In this document: one piece after another, positions 30,001 to 38,110 of the stretch
How the letters are laid out: every line of letters begins with the position of its first letter
Numbering within the stretch: the stretch's first letter is position 1
NCBI GenBank assembly: GCA_028869395.1
Contig: JAGWSE010000176.1
Span: forward strand, 1 to 38,110
DNA from: Alphaproteobacteria bacterium
GTDB lineage: Bacteria; Pseudomonadota; Alphaproteobacteria; Caulobacterales; Caulobacteraceae
Reading direction: 5' to 3'
Length of the DNA: 38,110 bases
Position numbers and translations under genes: made by a program
The notes under the pieces: model-generated
Seen by the model: only the letters and a program-made list of their open reading frames with translations
Told to the model about the DNA's origin: nothing
Databases searched by the model: none

Positions 30001-30257
30001 TCGTCATGACCACCGTGGCCATGGCGGCCGGCATGCTTCCCACCGCCTTCGCGTTGGAAAAGGGCGCGGAGTTCCGCCAGCCGATGGCGGTGGCGGTGAT
30101 CGGCGGCCTCATCACCTCGACCATGCTCTCGCTGGTCCTGGTGCCGGTGGTCTACGAGTTCGTGGACGATTTCGAGCAGTGGCTGCGGCCCAAGCTCGCC
30201 CGCCTGATCACACCGCCGCTCGCCCCGCCTCAGCCGGCGCCCGAAGACCGGCTGTAA
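27096..30257 (+). CDS. RND efflux permease (AcrB/AcrD/AcrF family)
   Basis: 1053 aa; proton-relay motifs GILVDDAIVEIEN, AAKNSILLVE, RARPIVMTT intact; ATGA overlap with the adaptor gene. Confidence 0.96.
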   Translation: MSDPIHRPTIRISAWAIKNPVPVAVLFIALVMAGLIAYTGLPIKQYPNVSFPVVAVTVTENGAAPDQMETQITRPVEDAMAGIAGARNVYSTITEGVSTTSIEFELGEDLQKKTDEVRQRVAQVRAQLPKDIDEPIVQRVEIEDRPILTFAVANPRMDAAQLSWFVDETVANTLQSLPGVAGVSRVGGVTREINVILDPDRMAARGLTAPQVNNALRSISLDAPGGRLQVGGQEQTLRVMGSVKTVEQLRNLSIPTTAGRYVKLTDVADVGDGSSEVRGFARLNGRPVVGFNVSKTKDSSDVTVEDEVKQALAKLSTQNPAVKFTPIARPGQGLSFAKIFSSVDETRASFTATQHVLAEGMLLAALVVFLFLRDWRATAIAAIAMPVSLIPTFFVMNLAGFSLNVVTLLALTLVIGILVDDAIVEIENIEKRVATGVRPFQAAMEGADAIGLAVVATTMAIVVVFTPVSFMKGMAGQFFKEFGLTVSVAVLFSLLVARLLTPLMAAYLMKPTARPHPRKPFQGFYRNALEWALDHRIVASILGGVIFIASVFLVPMLPKGFQPAGDPDYLYVNIQGPPGATASDMEGVAARINTIFQGDPNITGVFVQVGSTASQGFGPGSGGGGGDLRSGTATILLKSDRHVTGDQLRAKYRTALRQIPDARVDFLDFQGQAGVQQILAGNDPVALNRAALELQREMRTIPIISDPRPSVPPTGPEVVIRPKPAEAARLGVSADSIATIARVATVGDVDANVPKMDEGERRIPIRVRLPENARADLARLGAMQVPTASGGTTRLDEVANISFQAGASQISRLNRKRQITIEAALNGAELGQATAAIQKLPIMRHLPPGVTPADIGQQEAMRELFSSFGMAIFAGVSMIFGVLVLLFRSFFKPAVILSALPLAVGGAFLGLLLFHLSLSIPSLIGFLMLLGLAAKNSILLVEYAIEGERAGLSQREALIEACRERARPIVMTTVAMAAGMLPTAFALEKGAEFRQPMAVAVIGGLITSTMLSLVLVPVVYEFVDDFEQWLRPKLARLITPPLAPPQPAPEDRL

Positions 30258-30314
30258 GGCTCGACTCCGGCCACGCCGCGGGCGCACCCTGACCTCCTCG
30301 GCAGGGAGGCGCAG

Positions 30315-31340
30315 ATGACCTCGACCTACAGGCTCTATGGCGGGCTGGGCTCGCCCTATTCCATGAAGATGCGCGCGGTGATGCGCTACCGCCGGCTGCC
30401 GCACCAGTGGATTTCCGGCGCGCCGCCGGAGGTGATGAGCGAGCTGTTCTCCAAGGTGAAGGCGCCGGTCATCCCGGTGCTCGTCTTCGCCGACGGGACG
30501 GTGATGAACGACTCCACCCCGCTGATCCACGAGCTGGAGCGGCGCCATCCCGCGGAGCGCTCCGTCGTGCCGCAGGACGAGGCGCAAGCCTTCCTGGCCG
30601 CGCTCCTGGAGGACTTCGCCGACGAGTGGGGCACGAAGGCGATGTTCCACTACCGCTGGTTCCGCGACCGAGACCAGCAGCAGATGAGCCGCTGGCTCGC
30701 CTTCGACCGCCTGCGCGGCAAGGGCCGCGACGCCATCGAGCACGCCGCCCGGACCTTCCGCGAGCGCCAGGTAAGCCGCATGGCTCTCGTCGGCTGCACG
30801 CCTCAGAACGCACCGCTGATCGAGGCCACGGCCGACCGGATCATGGACATCCTGGACCGCCTGGCGACGGAGGAGGCCTACCTCTTCGGCTCGCGGCCCT
30901 CGCTTGCCGATTTCGCCTGGTACGGCCAGCTCTCGCAGCTCGCCAGCGACCCGACGCCCCACGACGCCATGCAGGCGCGCGCGCCCTACCTGATGCGCTG
31001 GTTGGTCAACATCGACGACGCGAGCGGCGTCGACGGCGCCTGGCGCGATCCGGCCCTGCCGCCGACGGAGGCCGTCACCGACCTGCTGGCGCTCGCCGGC
31101 GACATCTATCTGCCGTTCCTGGAGGCCAACGCCCGCGCCGCCGCGGCCGGCGAGGCGACCTTCACAGTCGAACTCTGCGGCCGCCCCTACAGCCAGGGCG
31201 TCTTCCGCTATCAGGTGAAGTGCCTGGCCGAGCTCCGCGCCGCCTACGGACGCCTTTCGCCGCCCGCCCGCCGCAACGTCGACCCGCTGCTGGAAGCCGC
31301 CAATATCCGGGCGGTGCTGGCGGCGGCGGAGGTGGCTTGA
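30315..31340 (+). CDS. Glutathione S-transferase-like protein
   Basis: GSPYSMKMR, IPVL, DSTP, YLFGSRPSLADF; GGAGG SD. Confidence 0.85.
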   Translation: MTSTYRLYGGLGSPYSMKMRAVMRYRRLPHQWISGAPPEVMSELFSKVKAPVIPVLVFADGTVMNDSTPLIHELERRHPAERSVVPQDEAQAFLAALLEDFADEWGTKAMFHYRWFRDRDQQQMSRWLAFDRLRGKGRDAIEHAARTFRERQVSRMALVGCTPQNAPLIEATADRIMDILDRLATEEAYLFGSRPSLADFAWYGQLSQLASDPTPHDAMQARAPYLMRWLVNIDDASGVDGAWRDPALPPTEAVTDLLALAGDIYLPFLEANARAAAAGEATFTVELCGRPYSQGVFRYQVKCLAELRAAYGRLSPPARRNVDPLLEAANIRAVLAAAEVA

Positions 31341-31365
31341 AATCCTTGGGGGAGCATCTGCAGCC

Positions 31366-32349
31366 TCAGATCTCCCCCCTGATCGCTTTCGCGAACAGGT
31401 CCGGATCCACGTTGCCGCCGGACACCACCAGGCCGACGGTCCCGCCGGCCGGCGGCTTGACCTTTGCCGTCAGCAGGGCGGCCAGCCCGACGCATCCACC
31501 GGGCTCGACGACGAGCTTCAGCGTCGTGAAGGCGTAGCGCATCGCCTCGGCCACCTCGGCGTCGGTGACGCCCACGGCGCCGGACAGGTTCCGCTGCATG
31601 ATCGGAAACGTCAGCGCGCCCGGCGCGGGGCTCTCCAGGGCGTCACAGAGCGAGCGGGCCTCGGGCTTCAACGTGACGCGCTCGCCCGCCTCCAGCGAGC
31701 GGCGGGTGTCGTCGTAGGCCGCGGGCTCCACGCCCCAGATCGCCGTCGCCGGCGAGAGGGCCTTCACCGCCAGGGAAATTCCCGCGATCAGACCGCCGCC
31801 GCTGATCGGGGTGAGCACGACATCCAGGGCGCCGCCGGCGGCCTGCGCCTGCCGCACGAGCTCCAGGCCGACCGTGCCCTGGCCGGCGATGATCGCCGGG
31901 TCGTCGAAGGAGGGGACGACGACCGATCCATTCTCCTTGGCGATGGCGTTGGCGATCTCCTCACGGCTCTCCCTCAGCCGGTCGTAGAGCCGGACCTGCG
32001 CGCCATAGGCCTTCGTGGCGGCGACCTTGATGGCCGGGGCGTCGGACGGCATCACGATGATGGCGGGCACGCCGAGCAGCCTCGCCGCCAGCGCCACGCC
32101 CTGTGCATGGTTGCCGGAGGAGAAGGCCACGACGCCGCGTGTGCGCTCGTCTGCGCTCAGCTGCGCCAGGCGGTTGTAGGCGCCGCGGAACTTGAAGGCG
32201 CCCACCCGCTGGAGGGTCTCGGGCTTGATGAGCACCCGCGCGCCGATCCGTTCCGACAGCGCCGGGCTTTCGATCAGCGGCGTGACGACCGCGTGGCCGG
32301 CCAGCCGGGCGGCCGCAGCCTCGACGTCGGCGAAGGAAACCCCGCTCAC
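31366..32349 (-). CDS. PLP-dependent serine/threonine dehydratase (racemase-like, no regulatory domain)
   Basis: [41 protein letters not shown]; GTG start overlapping the upstream VOC stop. Confidence 0.9.
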   Translation of the reverse strand: MSGVSFADVEAAAARLAGHAVVTPLIESPALSERIGARVLIKPETLQRVGAFKFRGAYNRLAQLSADERTRGVVAFSSGNHAQGVALAARLLGVPAIIVMPSDAPAIKVAATKAYGAQVRLYDRLRESREEIANAIAKENGSVVVPSFDDPAIIAGQGTVGLELVRQAQAAGGALDVVLTPISGGGLIAGISLAVKALSPATAIWGVEPAAYDDTRRSLEAGERVTLKPEARSLCDALESPAPGALTFPIMQRNLSGAVGVTDAEVAEAMRYAFTTLKLVVEPGGCVGLAALLTAKVKPPAGGTVGLVVSGGNVDPDLFAKAIRGEI

Positions 32350-32765
32350 TTGGCGAACACCATGGCGTCGTCGGCGAAGGCCTTGAACTCCAGCGCGTTG
32401 CCCGACGGGTCGAGGAAGAACATGGTCGCCTGCTCTCCGGGCTGGCCTCGGAAGCGGACGGTGGGCTCGATGACGAACCTGGTCCCCGCCGCCTTCAGCT
32501 TCGCGGCCAGATCCTCCCATTCCGGCAGGGTCAGGATCACGCCGAAGTGACGGACCGGCACGTCTTCGCCGTCGACGGCGTTGGTCGCCCTGTGGCCGGC
32601 CTCGGCGGGTGAGAGGTGCGCCACGATCTGGTGGCCGCGGAAATCGAAGTCGACCCAGTCCTCGCTCGACCGTCCCTCGGGACAGCCCAGCAGACCGCCG
32701 TAGAAGGCCCGCGCTTCGGCGAGGTCGCGCACCGGAAACGCCAGGTGGAAACGGGGGATGTCCAT
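32346..32765 (-). CDS. VOC/glyoxalase family protein
   Basis: [41 protein letters not shown]. Confidence 0.9.
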   Translation of the reverse strand: MDIPRFHLAFPVRDLAEARAFYGGLLGCPEGRSSEDWVDFDFRGHQIVAHLSPAEAGHRATNAVDGEDVPVRHFGVILTLPEWEDLAAKLKAAGTRFVIEPTVRFRGQPGEQATMFFLDPSGNALEFKAFADDAMVFAK

Positions 32766-32861
32766 GGCGCGGTGAATACCTCCTGGTTCCGCGCCGCGCG
32801 AGAGGCCTTCCACGGATTGCGGCGATCGCTAAGGTGGGCGCCTCTTCCAGGGGGAATCGGC

Positions 32862-33479
32862 ATGATCCGGAGGATGGCGATCGCGGCTACGGCCGCGACG
32901 GCGGCGCTCGCCTGCGCGGGGAGCGCCGGCGCTGCGGAGCTCTTGCTGGGCGCCTACATCCATGACGCGGCCTTCATCGGCGGCGCGCTCGGCACCGGGT
33001 CGGCGGACCGGGAGAAGGGCGCAGACATCGAGCTCGGCCTCCGCTCCGGGCGCATCCAGGCGCTGCGGCTGATCGGCTCGCCCCAGGCCCACGGCTTCGT
33101 CTCGATCAACACCGACCGCACGAGCGACTTCGTGGCGGCCGGGCTGTCCTGGCCGATCCGCATCACCGACCGCTTCTATTTCCGCCCCGGCCTCGGGCTC
33201 GCCTACACCGACGGCAAGGTGGACCTGCCGCCCGTCAACGCCCCGGGGCTTGCGCCGCCGGAGATCCAGCGGCGGCTGCACCTCTACGAGACGCGCATCG
33301 ACTTCGGCTCGCGCACCCTCTTCGAGCCCGAGCTCAATCTCGGCTACCACGTCACGCCGCGCATGAGCGTCGAGCTCTCCTGGGTGCACATCTCCAACGG
33401 CGAGATCTTCCACCACGGCAAGAACCAGGGGCTTGACGACGTGGGCGCGCGGATGGTCTACGCCCTCGGCGCCCGCTGA
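32862..33479 (+). CDS. PagL-like lipid A 3-O-deacylase / acyloxyacyl hydrolase beta-barrel
   Basis: Signal peptide, alternating beta-strand pattern, C-terminal WVHISNG...NQGLD catalytic signature. Confidence 0.8.
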   Translation: MIRRMAIAATAATAALACAGSAGAAELLLGAYIHDAAFIGGALGTGSADREKGADIELGLRSGRIQALRLIGSPQAHGFVSINTDRTSDFVAAGLSWPIRITDRFYFRPGLGLAYTDGKVDLPPVNAPGLAPPEIQRRLHLYETRIDFGSRTLFEPELNLGYHVTPRMSVELSWVHISNGEIFHHGKNQGLDDVGARMVYALGAR

Positions 33480-33572
33480 CAGCGGCGCGTCCAACCCTAT
33501 CCACGATCCCCCGCCGAGCACCTGTCGAAGGGCGGTGGTGATCCAACCGGGCAGGTTGGAGGGTCGTACCCG

Positions 33573-34859
33573 ATGGCCAACGTCACGGTGATCGGCGCCC
33601 AGTGGGGCGACGAAGGCAAGGGCAAGCTCGTCGACTGGCTGTCGAACCGCGCCGACGTCGTCGTGCGCTTTCAGGGCGGACACAACGCCGGCCACACGCT
33701 GGTCGTCGGCAACCAGACCTACAAGCTCAGCCTGCTTCCCTCGGGGGTCGTGCAGGGCAAGCTCTCGGTGATCGGCAACGGCGTGGTGGTCGATCCCTGG
33801 CACCTGCTGGACGAGATCGAGCGCATCGGGGCCCAGGGCGTCTCCGTAACGCCGGACCTGCTGATCCTGGCCGACAACGCCTGCCTGATCCTGCCCTTGC
33901 ACAAGGATTTGGACCAGGCGCGCGAGGCCGCCGCGGCGAACAAGATCGGCACCACCGGGCGCGGCATCGGCCCGGCCTATGAGGACAAGGTGGGCCGCCG
34001 CGCCATCCGTGTCGCCGACCTCGCCGACCGCGCGGCCCTGGAGGCGAAGATCGACCGCCTGCTCGCCCACCACGCGCCGCTGCGCCGGGGCCTGGGTCTG
34101 CCCGAGGCGGACGGCGAGGCCTTGCTGGCCCGCCTGGAGGCGATCGCGCCCAAGGTGCTTGCCTACGCCCAGCCGGCGTGGCTGAAGCTGAACGAGGTCG
34201 CCAAGGCGGGCCGCCGGGTGCTGTTCGAAGGCGCACAGGGCGCCTTGCTGGACGTCGATCACGGCACCTACCCCTATGTGACCTCGTCGAACACTGTGGC
34301 CGGGCAGGCAGCGGCGGGCTCTGGCTTGGGCGCCAAGGCGACGGGCTACGTCCTCGGGATCGTCAAGGCCTACACGACCCGTGTCGGCGAGGGCCCGTTC
34401 CCGACCGAGCTCACCGACGAGGTGGGCCAGCACCTGGGAACCGTCGGGCGCGAGTTCGGCACGGTCACGGGCCGCGCCCGCCGCTGCGGCTGGTTCGACG
34501 CCGCCCTGGTGCGCCAGTCCGTGGCGCTGAACGGGATCGTGGGAGTGGCGCTGACCAAGCTCGACGTTCTGGACGGCCTCGCCACCCTGAAGATCTGCAC
34601 CGGCTATCGGCTGGACGGGCGCGAGCTGTCCTATCTGCCGGCGGGGCTGAAGGCGCAGGGCGAGCTCACGCCGGTCTACGAGGAGATGGAAGGCTGGAGC
34701 GAGAGCACCCACGGCGCGCGCTCCTGGCGCGACCTGCCGGCCGCCGCCGTCAAGTACGTCCGCCGGGTCGAGGAGCTGATCGGCGCGCCCGTGGCGCTGC
34801 TCTCCACCAGCCCGCAGCGCGACGACACCATCATGATGCGCGACCCCTTCCAGGACTGA
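33573..34859 (+). CDS. purA: Adenylosuccinate synthetase
   Basis: [63 protein letters not shown]. Confidence 0.98.
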   Translation: MANVTVIGAQWGDEGKGKLVDWLSNRADVVVRFQGGHNAGHTLVVGNQTYKLSLLPSGVVQGKLSVIGNGVVVDPWHLLDEIERIGAQGVSVTPDLLILADNACLILPLHKDLDQAREAAAANKIGTTGRGIGPAYEDKVGRRAIRVADLADRAALEAKIDRLLAHHAPLRRGLGLPEADGEALLARLEAIAPKVLAYAQPAWLKLNEVAKAGRRVLFEGAQGALLDVDHGTYPYVTSSNTVAGQAAAGSGLGAKATGYVLGIVKAYTTRVGEGPFPTELTDEVGQHLGTVGREFGTVTGRARRCGWFDAALVRQSVALNGIVGVALTKLDVLDGLATLKICTGYRLDGRELSYLPAGLKAQGELTPVYEEMEGWSESTHGARSWRDLPAAAVKYVRRVEELIGAPVALLSTSPQRDDTIMMRDPFQD

Positions 34860-34923
34860 TCGCCCGCCCGGGCGCGCGCTTCTTACCCGTTTTGGGGCGC
34901 CGAGGTCGGATAACGCCGGTCTC

Positions 34924-34965
34924 GTAATCCGTTCTTTACCGACGCGGTCCTACGCACGGTTAACC
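34924..34965 (+). promoter_or_regulatory. Possible CtrA-type site(s) upstream of the Cle-like gene
   Basis: GTAA-N7-TTTAC (34924-34939), a degenerate TTAA-N7-TTAAC, and GGTTAACC (34958-34965). Confidence 0.4.
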
Positions 34966-34976
34966 GGAGCCGGCTT

Positions 34977-35789
34977 TTGTTCGACAACGACGCCAAAGTC
35001 ATCCAGCGCATGGCGCCCCTGCTGCAGCGGGTGCTGATCGTGGATCCGCACGCCGCGAACGCGCGGCTGCTGGGCGAACTGCTGCGCGACATGTTCCATT
35101 GCCAGGTCTGGGCCTCGCCGACGGACCAGAAGGCGCTGAAGCTCGCCGGATCGATCGATCCCGACATCGTTTTCCTGGAGATGAACGCCGAAGGCGTCGA
35201 CGGCGTGGAGTTCACCCGGAAGCTCCGCCGTAGCCATCTCGCCTGCCGCCAGGCGCCGGTCATCGTGACCACCAGTCACGCCACCGCGGCCGGCATCCTT
35301 GCCGCCCGCGACGCCGGCGTGCACGAGTTCCTGCGCAAGCCGTTCACCGTGAAGGACCTGCTGCGCCGCCTCGAGGCCGTGACGCTGCGGCCGCGCGACT
35401 GGATCGAGGCGGTGGATTACGTCGGTCCCGACCGGCGGCGGTTCAACTCCGGAGACTACTCGGGTCCCCTGAAGCGCCGCTCCGACATCCCGGCCACGCC
35501 GGACGGGGAGCGGATGGCCCAGGCGCTGAAGATCCTGCGTTCGGCGATCGCCGCCGTCGACAAGGACCCCGACCAGGCCTTCCGCGCTCTGCAGGCCCAG
35601 GCCCTGGAGCTGAAGTCCGCCGGGGCCAAGGCGGGCGACATGAAGCTGACCGCAGCCGCGGTCGATCTCCAGCAGTACCTCGCCGAGGTGGAGCGCACCG
35701 GCCGCTACGAGCCGGCCGAGCTCTCCCGGCGGGCGGCTCCGTTGCTGGCCTATCTGCCGAAGAACGAAGCCGGCTCCGTCGCGGCCTGA
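34977..35789 (+). CDS. CheY-like c-di-GMP effector (Cle family, probably CleD-like)
   Basis: Atypical REC (E68 at the phospho-Asp position) followed by YVGPDRRR and YSGPLKRR, matching the Cle arginine-rich motif; helical C-terminal extension. Confidence 0.8.
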   Translation: MFDNDAKVIQRMAPLLQRVLIVDPHAANARLLGELLRDMFHCQVWASPTDQKALKLAGSIDPDIVFLEMNAEGVDGVEFTRKLRRSHLACRQAPVIVTTSHATAAGILAARDAGVHEFLRKPFTVKDLLRRLEAVTLRPRDWIEAVDYVGPDRRRFNSGDYSGPLKRRSDIPATPDGERMAQALKILRSAIAAVDKDPDQAFRALQAQALELKSAGAKAGDMKLTAAAVDLQQYLAEVERTGRYEPAELSRRAAPLLAYLPKNEAGSVAA

Positions 35790-35818
35790 CCTCCCGCAAG
35801 GGGAGCCCGGCTCAGGCC
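35783..35818. terminator. Hairpin between convergent cle-like gene and rpoH
   Basis: CTCCC-GCAA-GGGGAG core with outer GGCCTGA/TCAGGCC arms; no U-tract. Confidence 0.4.
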
Positions 35819-36699
35819 GTCACCAGGTTCCGTTCCTCGGCGGCGGTGCGCATCGCCTTCTGCAGCTTCTCGAAGGCGCGGACCTCGATCTGGCGCACCC
35901 GCTCGCGGCTGACGCCGTACTGCGACGCCAGGTCCTCGAGCGTGGTCGGGTCGTCCTTCAACCGCCGCTCCGTCAGGATGTGCCGCTCGCGGTCCGTGAG
36001 CTCGGCCATCGCCTCCTCGAGCAGGCTCATGCGGATCGAGCGCTCCTCGTTCTCGGCGACCAGGTGCTCCTGGGACGGCGTGTCCTCGTCCACCAGCCAG
36101 TCCTGCCACTCGCTCTCGCTTTCCGAGCGCAGCGGCGCGTTAAGCGAGGCGTCGCCGCCGGACAGGCGGCGGTTCATGGAGATCACCTCCTCGTCGAGGA
36201 CGCCCAGCTTGGTGGCGATCTGGCGGACCTGGTCGGGGTGCATGTCGCCCTCTTCCAGGGCGCTGATCTCGCTCTTCGCCTTGCGGAGATTGAAGAACAG
36301 CTTCTTCTGCGCCGCCGTGGTGCCCATCTTCACCAGGCTCCACGAGCGCAGGATGTATTCCTGGATCGAGGCGCGGATCCACCACATGGCGTAGGTGGCC
36401 AGCCGGAACCCCTTGTCGGGGTCGAACTTCTTCACCGCCTGCATCAGGCCCACATTGCCCTCGGAGATCACTTCCCCGATCGGCAGGCCATAGCCGCGGT
36501 AGCCCATGGCGATCTTGGCCACGAGGCGCAGGTGGCTGGTGACGAGCTTGTGGGCGGCCTCCGGGTCCTCGTGCTCCTGCCAGCGCTTGGCCAGCATGAA
36601 CTCCTCGTCCTTGGCGAGCATGGGGAACTTCCGGATCTCCGAAAGATACCGGCTCAGGCCGCCTTCAGGCGACATGACGGCGAGCGCATTTGCGGCCAT
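35812..36699 (-). CDS. rpoH: RNA polymerase sigma-32 factor
   Basis: RpoH box QKKLFFNLR, EGNVGLMQAVKKFDP, RLATYAMWWIRA, VSRERVRQIE. Confidence 0.97.
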   Translation of the reverse strand: MAANALAVMSPEGGLSRYLSEIRKFPMLAKDEEFMLAKRWQEHEDPEAAHKLVTSHLRLVAKIAMGYRGYGLPIGEVISEGNVGLMQAVKKFDPDKGFRLATYAMWWIRASIQEYILRSWSLVKMGTTAAQKKLFFNLRKAKSEISALEEGDMHPDQVRQIATKLGVLDEEVISMNRRLSGGDASLNAPLRSESESEWQDWLVDEDTPSQEHLVAENEERSIRMSLLEEAMAELTDRERHILTERRLKDDPTTLEDLASQYGVSRERVRQIEVRAFEKLQKAMRTAAEERNLVTA

Positions 36700-36848
36700 G
36701 GACTATCCCCTCTGGTTTCCCGGACGTTTCGGGCCGTCGCGCAGGCGCGCGCACAGGACCGTCCGCCCCCTCCAACCGATCAGATAGGCACTGGGTTGCG
36801 GCGGCGGTAGGTCGCATGGGGAGGGCGACCCGAAAAATCCGACTGCTG

Positions 36849-36886
36849 GAGTCAAGTTTTTAGCTTCCGAAGTTGGCCCCTTCAAG
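36849..36886 (-). promoter_or_regulatory. Candidate rpoH promoters
   Basis: Minus strand CTTGAA-N16-GCTAAAAA, followed directly by TTGACT that overlaps a GANTC site (36849-36853). Confidence 0.45.
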
Positions 36887-36946
36887 GCAGGCTTTCTCAC
36901 AAGCTCAGCAGCTCTCCTTCACAAAGGACGCATCCGGTGCGCGATC

Positions 36947-36964
36947 TCCGACAGCCCTGTCGGA
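36947..36964. promoter_or_regulatory. Perfect inverted repeat, candidate operator
   Basis: TCCGACAG-CC-CTGTCGGA in the rpoH/VOC divergent region. Confidence 0.55.
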
Positions 36965-36990
36965 CTCTCCGCCGCCCGCGCGTCCTTGGG

Positions 36991-37022
36991 CCAGACCTCG
37001 CCCAATCCAGACTTCGCCCAAC
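36991..37022 (+). repeat. 16-bp tandem duplication
   Basis: CCAGACCTCGCCCAAT / CCAGACTTCGCCCAAC (14/16 identical), just upstream of the GGAGG SD. Confidence 0.75.
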
Positions 37023-37037
37023 CCGTGGAGGCCGCCC

Positions 37038-37526
37038 ATGACAAGGATCAATCCGTTCCTCTGGTTCGACACCCAGGCGGAGCCGGCCGCACACCTCTAC
37101 GTCTCGATATTTCCGAACTCGAAGATCACCGCCGTCGCCCGCAACACCGAGGCCGCGCCAGGGCCGACGGGCCGAGTGCTGACGGTGGAGTTCGAGCTCG
37201 ACGGCCGCACCTTCGTGGCCCTGAACGGCGGGCCCGCGCACAAGCTCACAGAAGCCTTTTCCCTGCAGATCGGCTGCGAGACCCAGGCCGAGGTCGATCG
37301 CTACTGGGACGCGCTCACGGCCGACGGCGGAGAGCCTGGTCCCTGCGGTTGGCTGAAAGACCCCTTCGGCCTCTCCTGGCAGGTGGTCCCCAACCTGCTG
37401 CCCAAGCTGCTCACCAGCTCCGACCGCACCCGCGCCAACCGGGTGATGGCCGCCATGATGCAGATGCGCAAGCTGGACATCGCGGCCCTGCAGGCCGCCG
37501 CGGACGGCGTGCCGGCCGCGGGCTAG
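37038..37526 (+). CDS. VOC family protein (PhnB / 3-demethylubiquinone-9 3-methyltransferase-like)
   Basis: INPFLWF, ALNGGP, EVDRYWDAL, CGWLKDPFGLSWQVVP, MMQMRKLDI; GGAGG SD before ATG 37038. Confidence 0.9.
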   Translation: MTRINPFLWFDTQAEPAAHLYVSIFPNSKITAVARNTEAAPGPTGRVLTVEFELDGRTFVALNGGPAHKLTEAFSLQIGCETQAEVDRYWDALTADGGEPGPCGWLKDPFGLSWQVVPNLLPKLLTSSDRTRANRVMAAMMQMRKLDIAALQAAADGVPAAG

Positions 37527-38110
37527 AGGGCCGCCAGCAAGGCCTCCAGCCGCGCCATGTCTTCCGGCGGCGCGCTCTCGAACCGCAGCGCCTCGCCCGT
37601 GACCGGATGCCGGAACCCCAGCACGGCGGCGTGCAGCGCCTGGCGCACCAGGCCCGCCTCGGAGATCGCGCGGCGCACGGGCTCGGCGGGCGGTCCTGAG
37701 CCGTAGATCGGATCGCCCAGGCAGGGGCAGCCCTTGGAAGCCAGGTGCACCCGGATCTGGTGCGTGCGCCCGGTCTCCAGCCGGCAGGCCAGCCGCGCTG
37801 CGAGCGGCCGGGCTTCCGGTCCGAAGATGCGCTCCACCGCATAGTGCGTCACCGCCGCCCGGCCGCCGGTCTTCACGAGGGCCATCTTCTTGCGGTCATG
37901 GGTCGAGCGTGCGATCGCGCCCTCGATCGTCCCCTTGCGCGCGGGGGGCGCGCCGCGGGTGAGCGCGACGTAGACACGCTCGATGTCGTGGGCGGTGAAC
38001 AGGGCCGCGAGCCCCCGGTGCGCCGTGTCCGCCTTCGCCGCGACGACGATGCCGGAGGTGTCCTTGTCGATGCGGTGCACGATGCCGGGCCGCGCCACCC
38101 CGCCCACGCC
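37523..38110 (-). CDS. rluD: RluA-family pseudouridine synthase RluD, C-terminal part (5' end outside the window)
   Basis: RPGIVHRIDKDTSG, LETGRTHQIRVH, GDPIYG, RQALHA, HPVTG; usual neighbour of rpoH. Confidence 0.92.
   Translation of the reverse strand, partial: GVGGVARPGIVHRIDKDTSGIVVAAKADTAHRGLAALFTAHDIERVYVALTRGAPPARKGTIEGAIARSTHDRKKMALVKTGGRAAVTHYAVERIFGPEARPLAARLACRLETGRTHQIRVHLASKGCPCLGDPIYGSGPPAEPVRRAISEAGLVRQALHAAVLGFRHPVTGEALRFESAPPEDMARLEALLAAL

Noticed and set aside
26862-30962. 1366-aa antisense ORF over the RND permease, and similar long shadow ORFs (390-1649, 12704-14701, 22540-24273, 24571-26100, 32829-34712)
   Set aside because: They mirror real genes on the opposite strand. 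High GC3 bias removes stops in antisense frames, and the translations show no family motifs.
36991-37022. Tandem repeat as a CRISPR or iteron array
   Set aside because: Only two adjacent 16-bp copies, no spacers, and no cas or rep genes in the window.
1-38110. tRNA/rRNA genes, prophage, toxin-antitoxin or anti-phage defence loci
   Set aside because: None recognised; nearly all sequence is accounted for by identifiable housekeeping or metabolic genes and one IS.

Overview
High-GC alphaproteobacterial chromosome segment, most likely Caulobacteraceae (Phenylobacterium/Caulobacter-like, inferred from gene order and protein style). It is mostly conserved core: partial nudC, ffs (SRP RNA), dnaX-ybaB-recR-rmuC-def, fmt-truA, the rpmH-rnpA-yidC-engB-argB-nucleotidase-dapD...dapE run, purA, rpoH and partial rluD. 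Accessory content comprises a TetR/esterase/MDR/SDR lipid-catabolism-like cluster, a complete IS481-family element, an M28 peptidase, a tripartite RND efflux operon with a GST-like gene, a PagL-like beta-barrel and two VOC genes. I cannot demonstrate a wholly new multi-gene system here. The best leads are: (i) a REC / His-less DHp / pseudo-REC signalling protein with no ATPase domain; (ii) a Cle-like c-di-GMP effector with a tandem arginine motif and an apparent His-less Hpt-like tail; (iii) an IS481 inserted exactly into a CTAG that served as the shared stop of two convergent genes, leaving both intact and using the duplicated CTAG as its own stop; (iv) a three-frame GT9/TPR-glycosyltransferase remnant; (v) several candidate operators and structured leaders. 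All calls were made by eye from sequence and motifs; no database searches were run.
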